Shown here: in pieces, positions 26,070 to 36,862 of the stretch
How the letters are laid out: every line of letters starts with the position of its first letter
How positions within the stretch are numbered: the first letter of the stretch is position 1
Translations under genes and position numbers: made by a program
Assembly (NCBI GenBank): GCA_951406725.2
Contig: OX597833.1
Coordinates: forward strand, 11,346,001 to 11,410,000
DNA: 64,000 nucleotides
Reading direction: 5' to 3'
Source of the DNA: Octopus vulgaris
Lineage: Eukaryota
Notes under the pieces: generated by a model
Databases searched by the model: none
What the model was told of the DNA's origin: nothing
Seen by the model: the letters and a program-made list of their open reading frames with translations, nothing else

Positions 26070-27850
26070 TGTGCAGCGCTACGTCGATAAGTGTACCAAC
26101 CATCGTTCGTCTGAGAATCGAATGCCCTACCTAGCGCATCAATGCGTTTATCTCTAGAATTTAGCAATCTGTTCAGTCTTGTGCTTCCAATCACTCGTGA
26201 ATAGATTCCCGAAGTAACGATGTTCCACTTTCCTGCAGAGTGTGTGTTAGTCATCCCTGCCTTGGAGCACTCGGCAGCCAACCCATTCAATGCATGTCGA
26301 AAGTGAACATGACATGAGTCAGATAGCTGCATGTCGTCCGCAAATAGCAGTCGACCGATCCCTTACAGACGAAATGAGATACTTCTACTAAAATGGCTGA
26401 GCCATGCTCAACCAGACCATAAGAAATGTGAGAAGAAGCACTAACAAAACGCTCTTCTATTGAAGTCCAAACTCCATGTTGAAAACATTCGACTTTTGCA
26501 CAAATACAAACATTTGGACATCCGTACGAGTATTTTACGGTAAAAAGTATTTGCCCAATAATCTCACCTTCCTGGTAAACCATCCGCAACATGCCCCACG
26601 GCACGTGGTCTACAGCGTATTCCCCTTGGAGATATTTCAACGTTTTCTCGAAGATCTGCTTTGAACGAAATCTGGTCGGGTGTACTGTATCCAGGACAGT
26701 AGTCCTGGGCGCGACCACTTCTCTACGTAATATTTCTAGACATGTAGTGTAGACTTTGTCTTAAAAAAATCTGTGATTATTACCCCGGATTGACATTGCC
26801 TTCGTGTTTTCCCTGATGTCCCATTCCACCTAGCATACATGGGTCACTCAAGGAATACCCTGAGTATTTAAGGGTTTTAAATTATCAAGACGAAAGTATT
26901 TCTCTCCAGCATCTTTATCACTTTTCAGTGATTTAGTTCGAAAAAAATGATACAATCACCAATCGATTTCGATGCCCAAGTTTATTCATGTGGGTCTCTC
27001 TCAATTTGGATGCAATATTATCCACAATTTTGTTTCTTATTCCATCATCCACAACTCCTTTCAACTTTATTCTGTAGGTCGCATTGAACTTACCAAGTTA
27101 CTAGGTTCTCCCAACTGTAGGCATCTTCCGGTTTCAGACATCTTGGTAGTGGTCAGTTGACAACTCTCTCCACTCCTTTTACCCGAACGTCCAGCACAGG
27201 CTCAAAGAGGACTGAGACGACAACAACATCTATCAAGAATTTCTGTCACTAAGCATTTCTATTCCAAGTACCCTTATAAACAACCCTGTCTTAAAACGAT
27301 ATCTATACCGTAGAGAGTCCGTTTCCTGCCAGAAGACTAGTATGGCCACCCCATTAAGGTGTGTGACGCCATTCCACCCAATCAATACTTCTTGCGGTTA
27401 TCAGCGCCAAAGTGTGCACGGAAGTCTCCTTGTAAGACAAATGACTTTACCCCAAATATATCCAAAGCTGCAGTGACTTTGTTAAGGAAGGATTTGTATT
27501 TGCCCTCGCTATTGGGTGCATTTACTTCCAGCAGCTACACCACTCCTTCATTCTGCTTGAGCTTCAGGAGGTATCCCTTAATACCTAGTGGGATTCACTC
27601 CATAATCCAATCCGAAAGCCAGGGATTGTGAGCATCCCACTTCCGCCTGTGCTGACATAGTTGGCACCACACCTGCACGGTGGAGTTTCCAATCTAATTC
27701 CAAGTGTGCGCCTCCGAAGCAATGAAGCTTTCTTGAAGAGACACCGATTATATATAACTGGCAGCGTTTTGTCTCGTCCGGTTTTGACAGTCAAATTCTC
27801 AATTATAAATGGTTGATCCCTTCTGGACCGGCTTCGGGGTCCTGGAACAC
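26070..27850 (-). mobile_element. Old RTE-like LINE relic in intron 2 (copy b, more diverged)
   Basis: Colinear homology with 15480-17135 and 56045-57880; LLFADD motif near 26335-26352. Confidence 0.6.
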
Positions 27851-28167
27851 GCATATTTTGTACTCCCTTCACATGCATCCCAGATTAAGATGAGTGGAGA
27901 CGGCAATATGTTTCCCGAATGGACTCCTCCACTCAAGATCCGTACGCAAATACTGTTATCCCTCTCGATGGATGACGCGGTATGGCTATTCCTTCGAGCC
28001 CTTTCCATATTGTTGCTATGATGGCCTGATTCGCGCCAAACACCAAGCTGATATTTGTAATTGACCAATCAGGTGCCAAGAATTGATAATATTGCCAACA
28101 TATCTATAAAAGAAGAACTTAATCATTTTTATTGTCACAAATATATATAAATGTATATATATATGTA

Positions 28168-28199
<32 letters not shown>

Positions 28200-28486
28200 G
28201 GATCTTTCAACCCTATTATCTCCCCTAATTTCGCTCTCGCGTCTCATGTTTGATCTTTGACTTCTGGCTGAAATCAGATCGCCATGTTGATTCGTTAGTT
28301 ACTGCACGCATTTTTTTCTCTCCTTCTTTCTGTGTTTTTTTTCTCTGTGTATCTTTCTGTTGAAGAGCGTAGGCTCGAAACGTTAAAGACTTGTTTTATT
28401 TATATTTCCTGAGCGCCATACTAATACAATTGTTTGTTTGTTTTCCACCTGCCTTCGTCTTTTGTCTATTTTCATAAAGCTTCCCG

Positions 28487-28490
<4 letters not shown>
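28200..28490 (+). mobile_element. Penelope-like terminal repeat with a minimal hammerhead-like motif (28352-28389)
   Basis: UCUUU-CUGUUGA-A-GAGC-GUAG-GCUC-GAAAC-GUU-AAAGA; related to 58870-59160. Confidence 0.55.
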
Positions 28491-28534
<44 letters not shown>

Positions 28535-28537
<3 letters not shown>

Positions 28538-28700
28538 CGCAGGAGTGGCTATGTCGTAAGTAGCTTGCTAACCAACCACATGGTTCCGGGTTCAGTCCCA
28601 CTGCGTGGCACCTTCGGCAAGTGTCTTCTACCATAGCCCCGGGCCGACCAATGCCTTGTGAGTGGATTTGGTAGACGGAAACTGAAAGAAGCCTGTCGTA
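28535..28700 (+). mobile_element. tRNA-derived SINE 5' half, ending at its internal (TA)n
   Basis: Matches 1959-2100. Confidence 0.85.
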
Positions 28701-28707
28701 TATATGT

Positions 28708-29409
28708 ATGTTTTTTAATTTTCTCCTGGTTTACGGAATTGACGTTATTTTGCGGTTAAAGCTTTTGGCTGTTATTTCTAGTGGGTGAATGGCCTATCAT
28801 GGCCGTTCCTTGATTGTGATGTTGAACTTAAAAATGGTTTATGACTATTTAATTTTTTCCCACTAGGCCGCTGGTGGCAAAAGAATTCTACAAAATTTTT
28901 TTGCCACCCTATATTGATTAATTATGAATTTTCTGGTTAGTTCCGTAATGGAATCGGCGGCTTATATTTATTTGCTGCCGATAAATTTAGCGCGAGTGCG
29001 ACGATTTGAAAATTTTAGGTCAGATATTGACGAGGTAGCAACGAGAATGCCTCGTGAAAAATATCTGTTCCGGCTTGGCTATTTCTTACTGATGAATCTA
29101 AGGGCCTATGGTAGATTGGCTTGATTTAATTTAATCAGGTTAGTTTTCCATTAAACAGTAGATGAAACGGTGCATCGTCTAAGAAATTACAGGGTAAATG
29201 TTTTTTAATATTATCTCCTGGTTTACGGAATTGACGTTATTTTGCGGTTAAAGCTTTTGGCTGTTATTTCTAGTGGGTGAATGGCCTATTATGGTCGTTC
29301 CTTGATTGTGATGTTGAACTTAAAAATGGTTTATGACTATTTAATTTTTTCCCACTAGGCCGCTGGTGGCAAAAGAATTCTACAAAATTTTTTTGCCACC
29401 CTATATTGA

Positions 29410-29417
<8 letters not shown>
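28708..29417 (+). mobile_element. Retrozyme-like element: ~1.4 units of a 490-bp repeat containing a hammerhead
   Basis: 28708-28925 repeated at 29198-29417; hammerhead in between; flanked by TA tracts; no credible ORF. Confidence 0.65.
29081..29187 (+). ncRNA. Type I hammerhead ribozyme; predicted cleavage after 29179
   Basis: AUUUCUUA-CUGAUGA-AUCUA-(58 nt)-UAGAU-GAAAC-GGUGCAUC-GUC-UAAGAAAU: perfect core, 8-bp stem I, 5-bp stem II, near-palindromic stem III. Confidence 0.85.
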
Positions 29418-29442
<25 letters not shown>

Positions 29443-29771
29443 CTCACATCCAAGTTCAACTACAAAACAAACATCCGTTCTTAAGGGAGACACATACACA
29501 TTCTGATATTCTGAGATTAATCTCTGAATTCGTTGACATCAACGTCAACAACAGGCTCAATAGACAAATGACTAATTTTCTTCGTTTAAAATTTATTCTT
29601 TGCGAATCATTTACTTCTTTCATTCTGATTCTCATTCATTCACTCATTCTTTTTCTCTTAAATTCTAAATTTCTTTCCTCTCTCTCAATTTCTTCCAAAC
29701 CAACAACATCCTTTGTATAGGATTCAAGAATTCTTTCTTTTAAACTAAATTGTTTCATTTTAATTTCACAG

Positions 29772-29846
29772 AACCCGGTCTCGGATCATTGTATACCCGG
29801 TGGGGCAGAACTACTTGTCCTCCTTATTCAAACCTTGTCTATGACG
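29772..29846 (+). CDS. Gene A exon 3 (PGLGSLYTRWGRTTCPPYSNLVYD)
   Basis: TTTCACAG acceptor, GTTAGT donor, phase 1 to 1; the YxRWGRxxCP...LVYxG motif opens C4-like domains. Confidence 0.9.
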
Positions 29847-31354
29847 GTTAGTATACTCTGTATTTCTATCCTCTCTTTCTCACACGCACACGCACGCACA
29901 CTCAAGCAAATCATGTGATATATCACGTTTGTAACGATACCTATAGACCCTATAGAGACTGCACAATACTGCTTACTCCTTTGTAGGTATTTGGTCAAAT
30001 CAGAATTTAAATGTGGTCTAATATGGACCAGGTGAAAAGGATGTTGTCTAACCTCAGAATATAGATATCTCTACGTTAAATTATAGATAGGGACTAGACT
30101 GGAATCCAGTATAGCGATCAAGGACTCCTGGCTGACTTGTATGGAGTGTAGATATCAAATACCGAGGCTGCTAACTGGTGATCAAGTGTACTGGCTACGG
30201 CTGGTGGTATTGTACGTGAGTGACCACAGCTGAAATGTGGCCACTCGACTATCATTAACTAGAATGTCTATTGCTTGTTGTTATAGACTAAATTGAACAA
30301 GGTCTAATTAGAATTGATGAATGAATGTATATGGTTAATGAAATGAACGCAGAATGTACAATATGGACTGGACAGACCACACACTGTAACTAATGGACAA
30401 AGCTAACTTAGGGTCGTATGTATTATGCAAAATGTGGAGGGATGAAGTACCACTGAGAGAACCCAAGTGAGTACATATTGCACTACTATTCTTCTCCACC
30501 TCACCAAAATCGTCCTATCCCTCAAACCTATCTCTTTTCATGCAACACCTCGCCTCATTAATTGTCCAGTATATCTTTGTAAGGTAACACCGGCACATTC
30601 AATTCAAAGCTACTGCTTTCCACATCTTCTCCAACCGACGTCGCATCCTTTGTGAATCTGCTCTCTATAAACCCTACACATATCCTTTATCGGTCGCCCA
30701 CTCCGCTGTCCATTCTTCTTAAGCACTACGCCATCAATGAGCTTCAAAATTCACCCCACCTCAGTTCATGCTTTGCATGAAATAAAATCTGTGTGATCAT
30801 AATATTATAGTATGTGGTAGGCCCGTCTCGTGGTAGGCCTGACTCGTCCGAGACAAACCGATGGATATAGCCAGCCACACCCGTATGGTCGGCTAAACAG
30901 TATTTCATCCCCTCTTACCCACCAGTTCTCTGCATCTCGCCGTCTCTCGTATTGTTCTACTCAAACCATATGCAATTCCCATCACCAACAATTTTCCCGT
31001 TCAAACGTGAACGACATCTTTTCCATTTCGGGAAATCACGACCACAAGAGTAACAAAATCCCTTTCCTTTCACCGTTTATTGACATCCACACACAAACAT
31101 CTACCCCAAGCAATACACATCACAACAACAAATATTTACCCGTACACATACACACACACACACACACAAACACAAAGACACAAATATATAACACAGCTTA
31201 CACTCATATAAACACTAAAACATACACAACAATTCGTTCACACGTGACTAAACATGACTCCTTTTAAGGGTCAAACTGTAATGAATGTTTCCGTTATTTC
31301 ATATATAATTTTGCTTAATATCTTTTTTACTTGATTTATTCTTACCAATTCTAG

Positions 31355-31854
31355 GTGTGGCTGGTGGACAATGGTACGACCACACAGGTGGCGGAAGTAA
31401 TCTCTTATGTCTACCCAACGACCCCATTTGGGCCAATTATACTACAAAAGTTGAAGAAGGTGGTCACATTTATGGCAGTGAATATCAACTACAGTATTAC
31501 GACACCAATACCATGTTTTCCTTTGCTAACGCTAAATCACTTCATGATCACAACGTTCCGTGCGCTGTCTGTTTGACACGACAACCTGCTGTTGTTATGA
31601 TGTTACCAGCCAGGACAAAGTGTTACGCTGGTTGGACAGCTGAGTATTCAGGATATTTGATGGCCAATTATCACGGGCATAAAGGCAGACATGAATATGT
31701 GTGTGTGGATTATGCACCAGAAGCTGATCCAGCAGGTTACAGAAACGAAGATGGAGCTGTTTTATATTTCGTTCAGGCTGGTTGTGGTTCGTTGCCATGT
31801 CCACCGTATGTCAATGGTCAAGAATTATCCTGCGTTGTGTGCAGTAAATATTGA
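31355..31854 (+). CDS. Gene A exon 4, short-chain collagen C4-like domain; spliced protein about 256 aa
   Basis: TTCTAG acceptor; open 165 aa GGGSNLLCLP...PCAVC...C..GW..EY.GYLM...CGSLPCPPY...CVVCSK; AATAAA at 31901. Confidence 0.92.
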
Positions 31855-33435
31855 ACAGAAATTAAATTCGGTTCCATATGAAAATATGTCTGTGAATTAC
31901 AATAAATAACATAAAATTTTAATTGTGTTACCTAATATTTTCTTTAAAGTATGTCTATCGTTACAATAAACTGTTGTACTAGTTTACAGAAGATATTCAA
32001 ACAATACAAAAGAGGCGACGTAGAATGCCAGAAATATCCTCAAAAACAAGAAAAATCTAAATCTGTCGAAATGATTCTAGAAAACATTTTGTAAGATTTC
32101 AGTTTATCAAACTTATCGTTGAAATAAAATGTTATTTTGTTTAACAGTATTTTGTCTTCTGTCTCATGATTCAACAAACCCCAAATAAAGTACCACCATA
32201 GAATTATATCAGCTTTTCATGCACAGCCTTAGAAAATCTAATCCTCGACGCTGCTATCTCAGACATCTTGGTTTTCAAATTACAACTCGGATTCTGACGA
32301 GGAGCCATGAACCGCTACATTACATAGCACAGAACTTAACTGATTCTTTCAACAACAACCAAATACTTCCACACAATCCATTCTATTTGCCGTTATTTAT
32401 CAGGAAAGCTTTGCGTTCCATTCCAACCCCATATCTTATAAAACCTATTTATCGTCTACTTTAGAAATATCACAAAATGTTCAATTTAAGCTTTCTGAGA
32501 ATGTAGAATTTACACGATCAATCCTTCAAAAGACAGTATAAATGAGTATTGGTCCTGCCAACCAAAATCTATGCCAAAAAATTCCCACCTCTCTTCAAAA
32601 TAAGATACAAAATGAAACTCGATGCACACAACATACACGTCATACACTAAACACTGATATACAAGAATAAGAAATGAAATCAACCAGAAAAATTGCCTCA
32701 TTTAAGCAGCAGAGAACATCAAATACGACGATTTCTTTCACTCATCTACGTAAACATACCAGACTCGAAGAAAGGATGGATCCTAGAAGCTGAATACATT
32801 TCATGTAAAACGAATACAACACCCATAAAAGTGAGAGTAAAGAGAGCAAATATAGTCAGGGCAAGCACGGATGCTGTGTGTAAGAAGGCTGAGATGTTGT
32901 GACCGTCACGTTATATCCAATAGGATTCATGACAGCATGTTGGAGTGTGTCGAATATTTGTTAGATAAACGAAGGGTTCGGTTAACAACATCAAGCTGCA
33001 ATAAAGATTAAAGATTATTAATGTTTACTATCCCACTATTATTAGTCTGATGGGTAAATCTGCATTCGCTTCTCTAGATTACAAATATTTTCTTGGTTGT
33101 AAATCGTAAACAATTGCAGAGAATACGGACGCTGGTAGATCTTCAAATTCATATTTTGATTCAGCGGCATAATTAGACAGTTAAAACGACCGCCAGGTGT
33201 TTAAGCTGTACAGAGCATGCGCAGCTGCATATGCAACCCGCCATTATAATAGGAAAAATTATGGGACTTTGTTGAAAACTGACATGGCTGTAAGATTTAT
33301 TTTGTAGCTTATTTCAAATTCACCTTATTTCGAGGGCCAAACAGAGAGTGTTACACACACACACACACAGACACACACACAAACAAACACACAAACACAC
33401 ACACAAATACACACACACACACACAAATACACACG

Positions 33436-33473
<38 letters not shown>

Positions 33474-33844
33474 CACACACATACATACACATATATATAC
33501 AAATATATTAAATGTGGTCAAACTATATCTGAGGGGTCTAATATGCTTCATCTAAGAATATTTTATCATAACTATGGAATTCCGTCGTACAAATGCAGTC
33601 CATACGGAAGGTGCACTTGCGAATTGAGTTTCAAATGGGAGACACTGTACCTGTATGTTTTGCTATGATTTATAAAACAAGAAGAGACGTATTCAAAGCT
33701 AGTGATAATGACTAGCTAAAAATATGTATGAATGTCATTATTCGGTTTTAATAGAATATTTCTGGCCAACAGAAAGAGAGACGGCTTCTAACTTAGTTCC
33801 AAGTATCTTTCATTGGAATTTCAACAACATGAACAGGATATTTT

Positions 33845-34365
33845 TGTATGCATGTATGTATGTATGTATGTATGTATGTATGTATGTATGTATGCATGTA
33901 TGTATGTATGTATGTATGCATGAATGTATGTATGTATGTATGTATGTATGCATGTATGTAAGTAGGTATGCATATATGTATGTATGCATGTATGTATGTA
34001 TGCATGTATGTATGTATATATGCATGAATGTATGTATGTATGCATGTATGCATGTATGTATGTATGTATGTATGTATGCATGCATGTATGTATGTATGTA
34101 TGTATGCATGTATGCATGTATGTATGTATGTATTATGTATGCATGCATGAATGTATGCTTGTATGTATGTATGCATGTATGTATGTATGCATGTATGCAT
34201 GTATGTATGCATGTATGTATGTATGTATGTATGTATGTATGTATGTATGTATGTATGTATGTATGTATGTATGTATGTATGTATGTATGTATGTATGTAT
34301 GTATGTATGTATGTATGTATGTATGTATGTATATATGTAGGTATGTATGCATGTATGTATGTATG
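33845..34365. repeat. (TATG/CATG)n microsatellite
   Basis: Direct inspection. Confidence 0.95.
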
Positions 34366-34920
34366 TCAGGTCACTTTCGAGTGCTACTGGTGACATGTAA
34401 CCCAGTACAACCTGTTGCATTGTCGGGTCGTCGGCGACTAAGCCGGCGACCCCACGAAGCTTGCTTGGTGAGGAGCGAGTCTATTGGACACCCTGTGGGA
34501 TGAAAAACAAAACCCGTCAAAGAGCGGAGGAACTCTTGAGAGTCAACGGCCATCCAATATATGTCTTAAGGCTGTATCATGCGCGGGGACATAGAAGTAA
34601 TCGGACTGAATACTCGATCGCGCGGTTAAACCATTGGGAGTGGAGGACTCCTAGCCTTTGTTAGGGCATCCTTCTAGGAGAGGGTAATTCAGGTAACTGG
34701 GATAACTCCGACATAAAACCTGCGGCTCAGTGGTTACCGATGATGTTGACTTTTTCTTCTTTTCGGATTATGGCTGCTGTTGCTTAGTGACTTGGATTGA
34801 CTCAGTGCACAGCCTTTCCTCGCTATAAAAAATAAATTTTCATGCACAGCCATTGCAAGATAACAACATTGATTAAGCTTCGTGCAATGCCCATACTCGA
34901 TAACGAGGGTGCAGCCACCA
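34366..34920 (+). other. Non-repetitive island, possibly an RTE-type 5' UTR or non-autonomous element
   Basis: GGGCATCCTTCTAGGAGAGGGTAATTC resembles RTE 5' motifs as recalled; weak support. Confidence 0.3.
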
Positions 34921-35454
34921 AGTATGTATGTATGTATGGATGGATGGATGGATGTAAGTATATATGCATGTATGTATGGATGTATGTATATATATATGTA
35001 TGTGTATATGTGTCTATCGATATATACACGCTTACATTCAAACATACATGCATGTATACATGTATACATACATATATGTATAAATATATGCATACATATG
35101 TATGTATGTATGTATGAAAGTATGTATGCATGTATGTATGTATGTGTGTGTATGTATGTATGTTTGTATGTATGTATGTGTGTATGTATGTGTGTATGTA
35201 TGTATATATATGTATATATGTGTGTGTATGTAAGTATATATGTATGGGGGTATGTATGTATGTATATATGTATGTATATACGCGAGTGTGTATGTATGCA
35301 TGTATGTATGTATGTGTGTATGTATGTATGTGTGTGTGTATGTATGTATGTATGCATGTATGTATGTATGTGTGTGTGTGTATGTATGCATGTATGTATA
35401 TATGTGTGTATGTAAGTGTGTATGTATGTATATATATATATGTATATATGTATG

Positions 35455-35635
35455 TATGGGTGGGTGGGAATTGGTAGGTTTTGATTTTGATATTCACATA
35501 AAACTTTTCTAATCAGATTAACGCTTGTTGTGAAGAATCCAATCCGAACAGCGGACTTCATTAGATTAAGTCTTGCGATTACTGTGTGGGTTGAACGAAA
35601 TACTTCCCACACTGAATATTAAAACAGTGTGTGAG

Positions 35636-35695
<60 letters not shown>

Positions 35696-35886
35696 AGTGT
35701 ATGTGTGTGTGTGTGTCAGTGTATGTGTGTGTGTGGGAGTGTGTGTGTGTCAATGTCAATGTGTGTGTGTGTGTCAGTGTATGTGTGTGTGTCAGTGTGT
35801 GTGCGTGTGTGTGTCAGCGTGTGTGTGTGTGTGTGTCAGTGTGTGTGTCTGTGTCAGTGTCTGTGTGTCAATGTGTATGTGTGTGC

Positions 35887-35922
<36 letters not shown>

Positions 35923-36074
35923 CAATGTATCTGTGTGTGTGTGTCAGTGTGTGTTGTGTCTGTGGGTGTGTGTGTTGGTGTGTGTGTATGTCAGTGTGTG
36001 TGTGTGTGTTGTGTGTGTGTGTGTGTGTGTGTGTGTGTCAGTGTGTGTGGGTGTGTGTGTGTTCGTGTTTGTGT

Positions 36075-36119
<45 letters not shown>

Positions 36120-36862
36120 CGCGTGCGTCTGTGTATTCGTCTGTTGAACGAAATACTTCCCACAATGAATATTAAAACAGTTTCCCAATAATAACAAATA
36201 AAATTAAATAAAAACATTAGTAAATAAATATATCATAATATATCCAGAAACAGGAATCATTTCACTTTACACGTGTCTCTCATTCATCAAAATATTTTGC
36301 TAATTATTGTGTGACAATATCAAACCATCTCTTTCCAATAATTAAACCTGTCAGACAAGTTCACACCCGCTTTTACAGTTCCACCAATCGCATTGGTTCA
36401 TAAATTTACGATAAGATCTATGCCAGAGCTGGGTTGTTGTGCGCTCAATAAATACGTGGAATTCAGTTACAGGTCTTCAGCTTAAACCTCGCATCTCGAT
36501 CTTTTGTTGAAGCCACACGAAGTATCACGTACGACCGACAACTGTCACCAGAATGGATTTCGCACAACTGTCCAGGAATATTTCGCAGCGTTATTCCATT
36601 TCTTCTCTCATAGCTTTTGGGGTTCTTCTCGTTCTGACGATCGTGATTCTTCATCAAGATTCAAGAATAGGAAAAATGGAAGAGAAATCGAAAACGGTAA
36701 GTCATGGATTTTGTGTTAATATATTTATGTCTTTATGTATTTATATATGCATGTATGTATGTATGCATTTACGTATGTATGTATTAAAATGTGGATGTAT
36801 GTAGGTACCGATGGATGTATGGATGGACGGATGTATGCATAAACCATGTACATATGTTCCTA
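35455..36862 (+). repeat. Segmental duplicate of ~3035-4436 (upstream region, exon 1, intron start)
   Basis: High identity by eye outside microsatellites and the SINE. Confidence 0.9.
36553..36696 (+). CDS. Second exon 1 (48 aa); no downstream exons on + strand in this window
   Basis: MDFAQLSRN...EEKSKT followed by GTAAGT donor at 36697. Confidence 0.7.
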
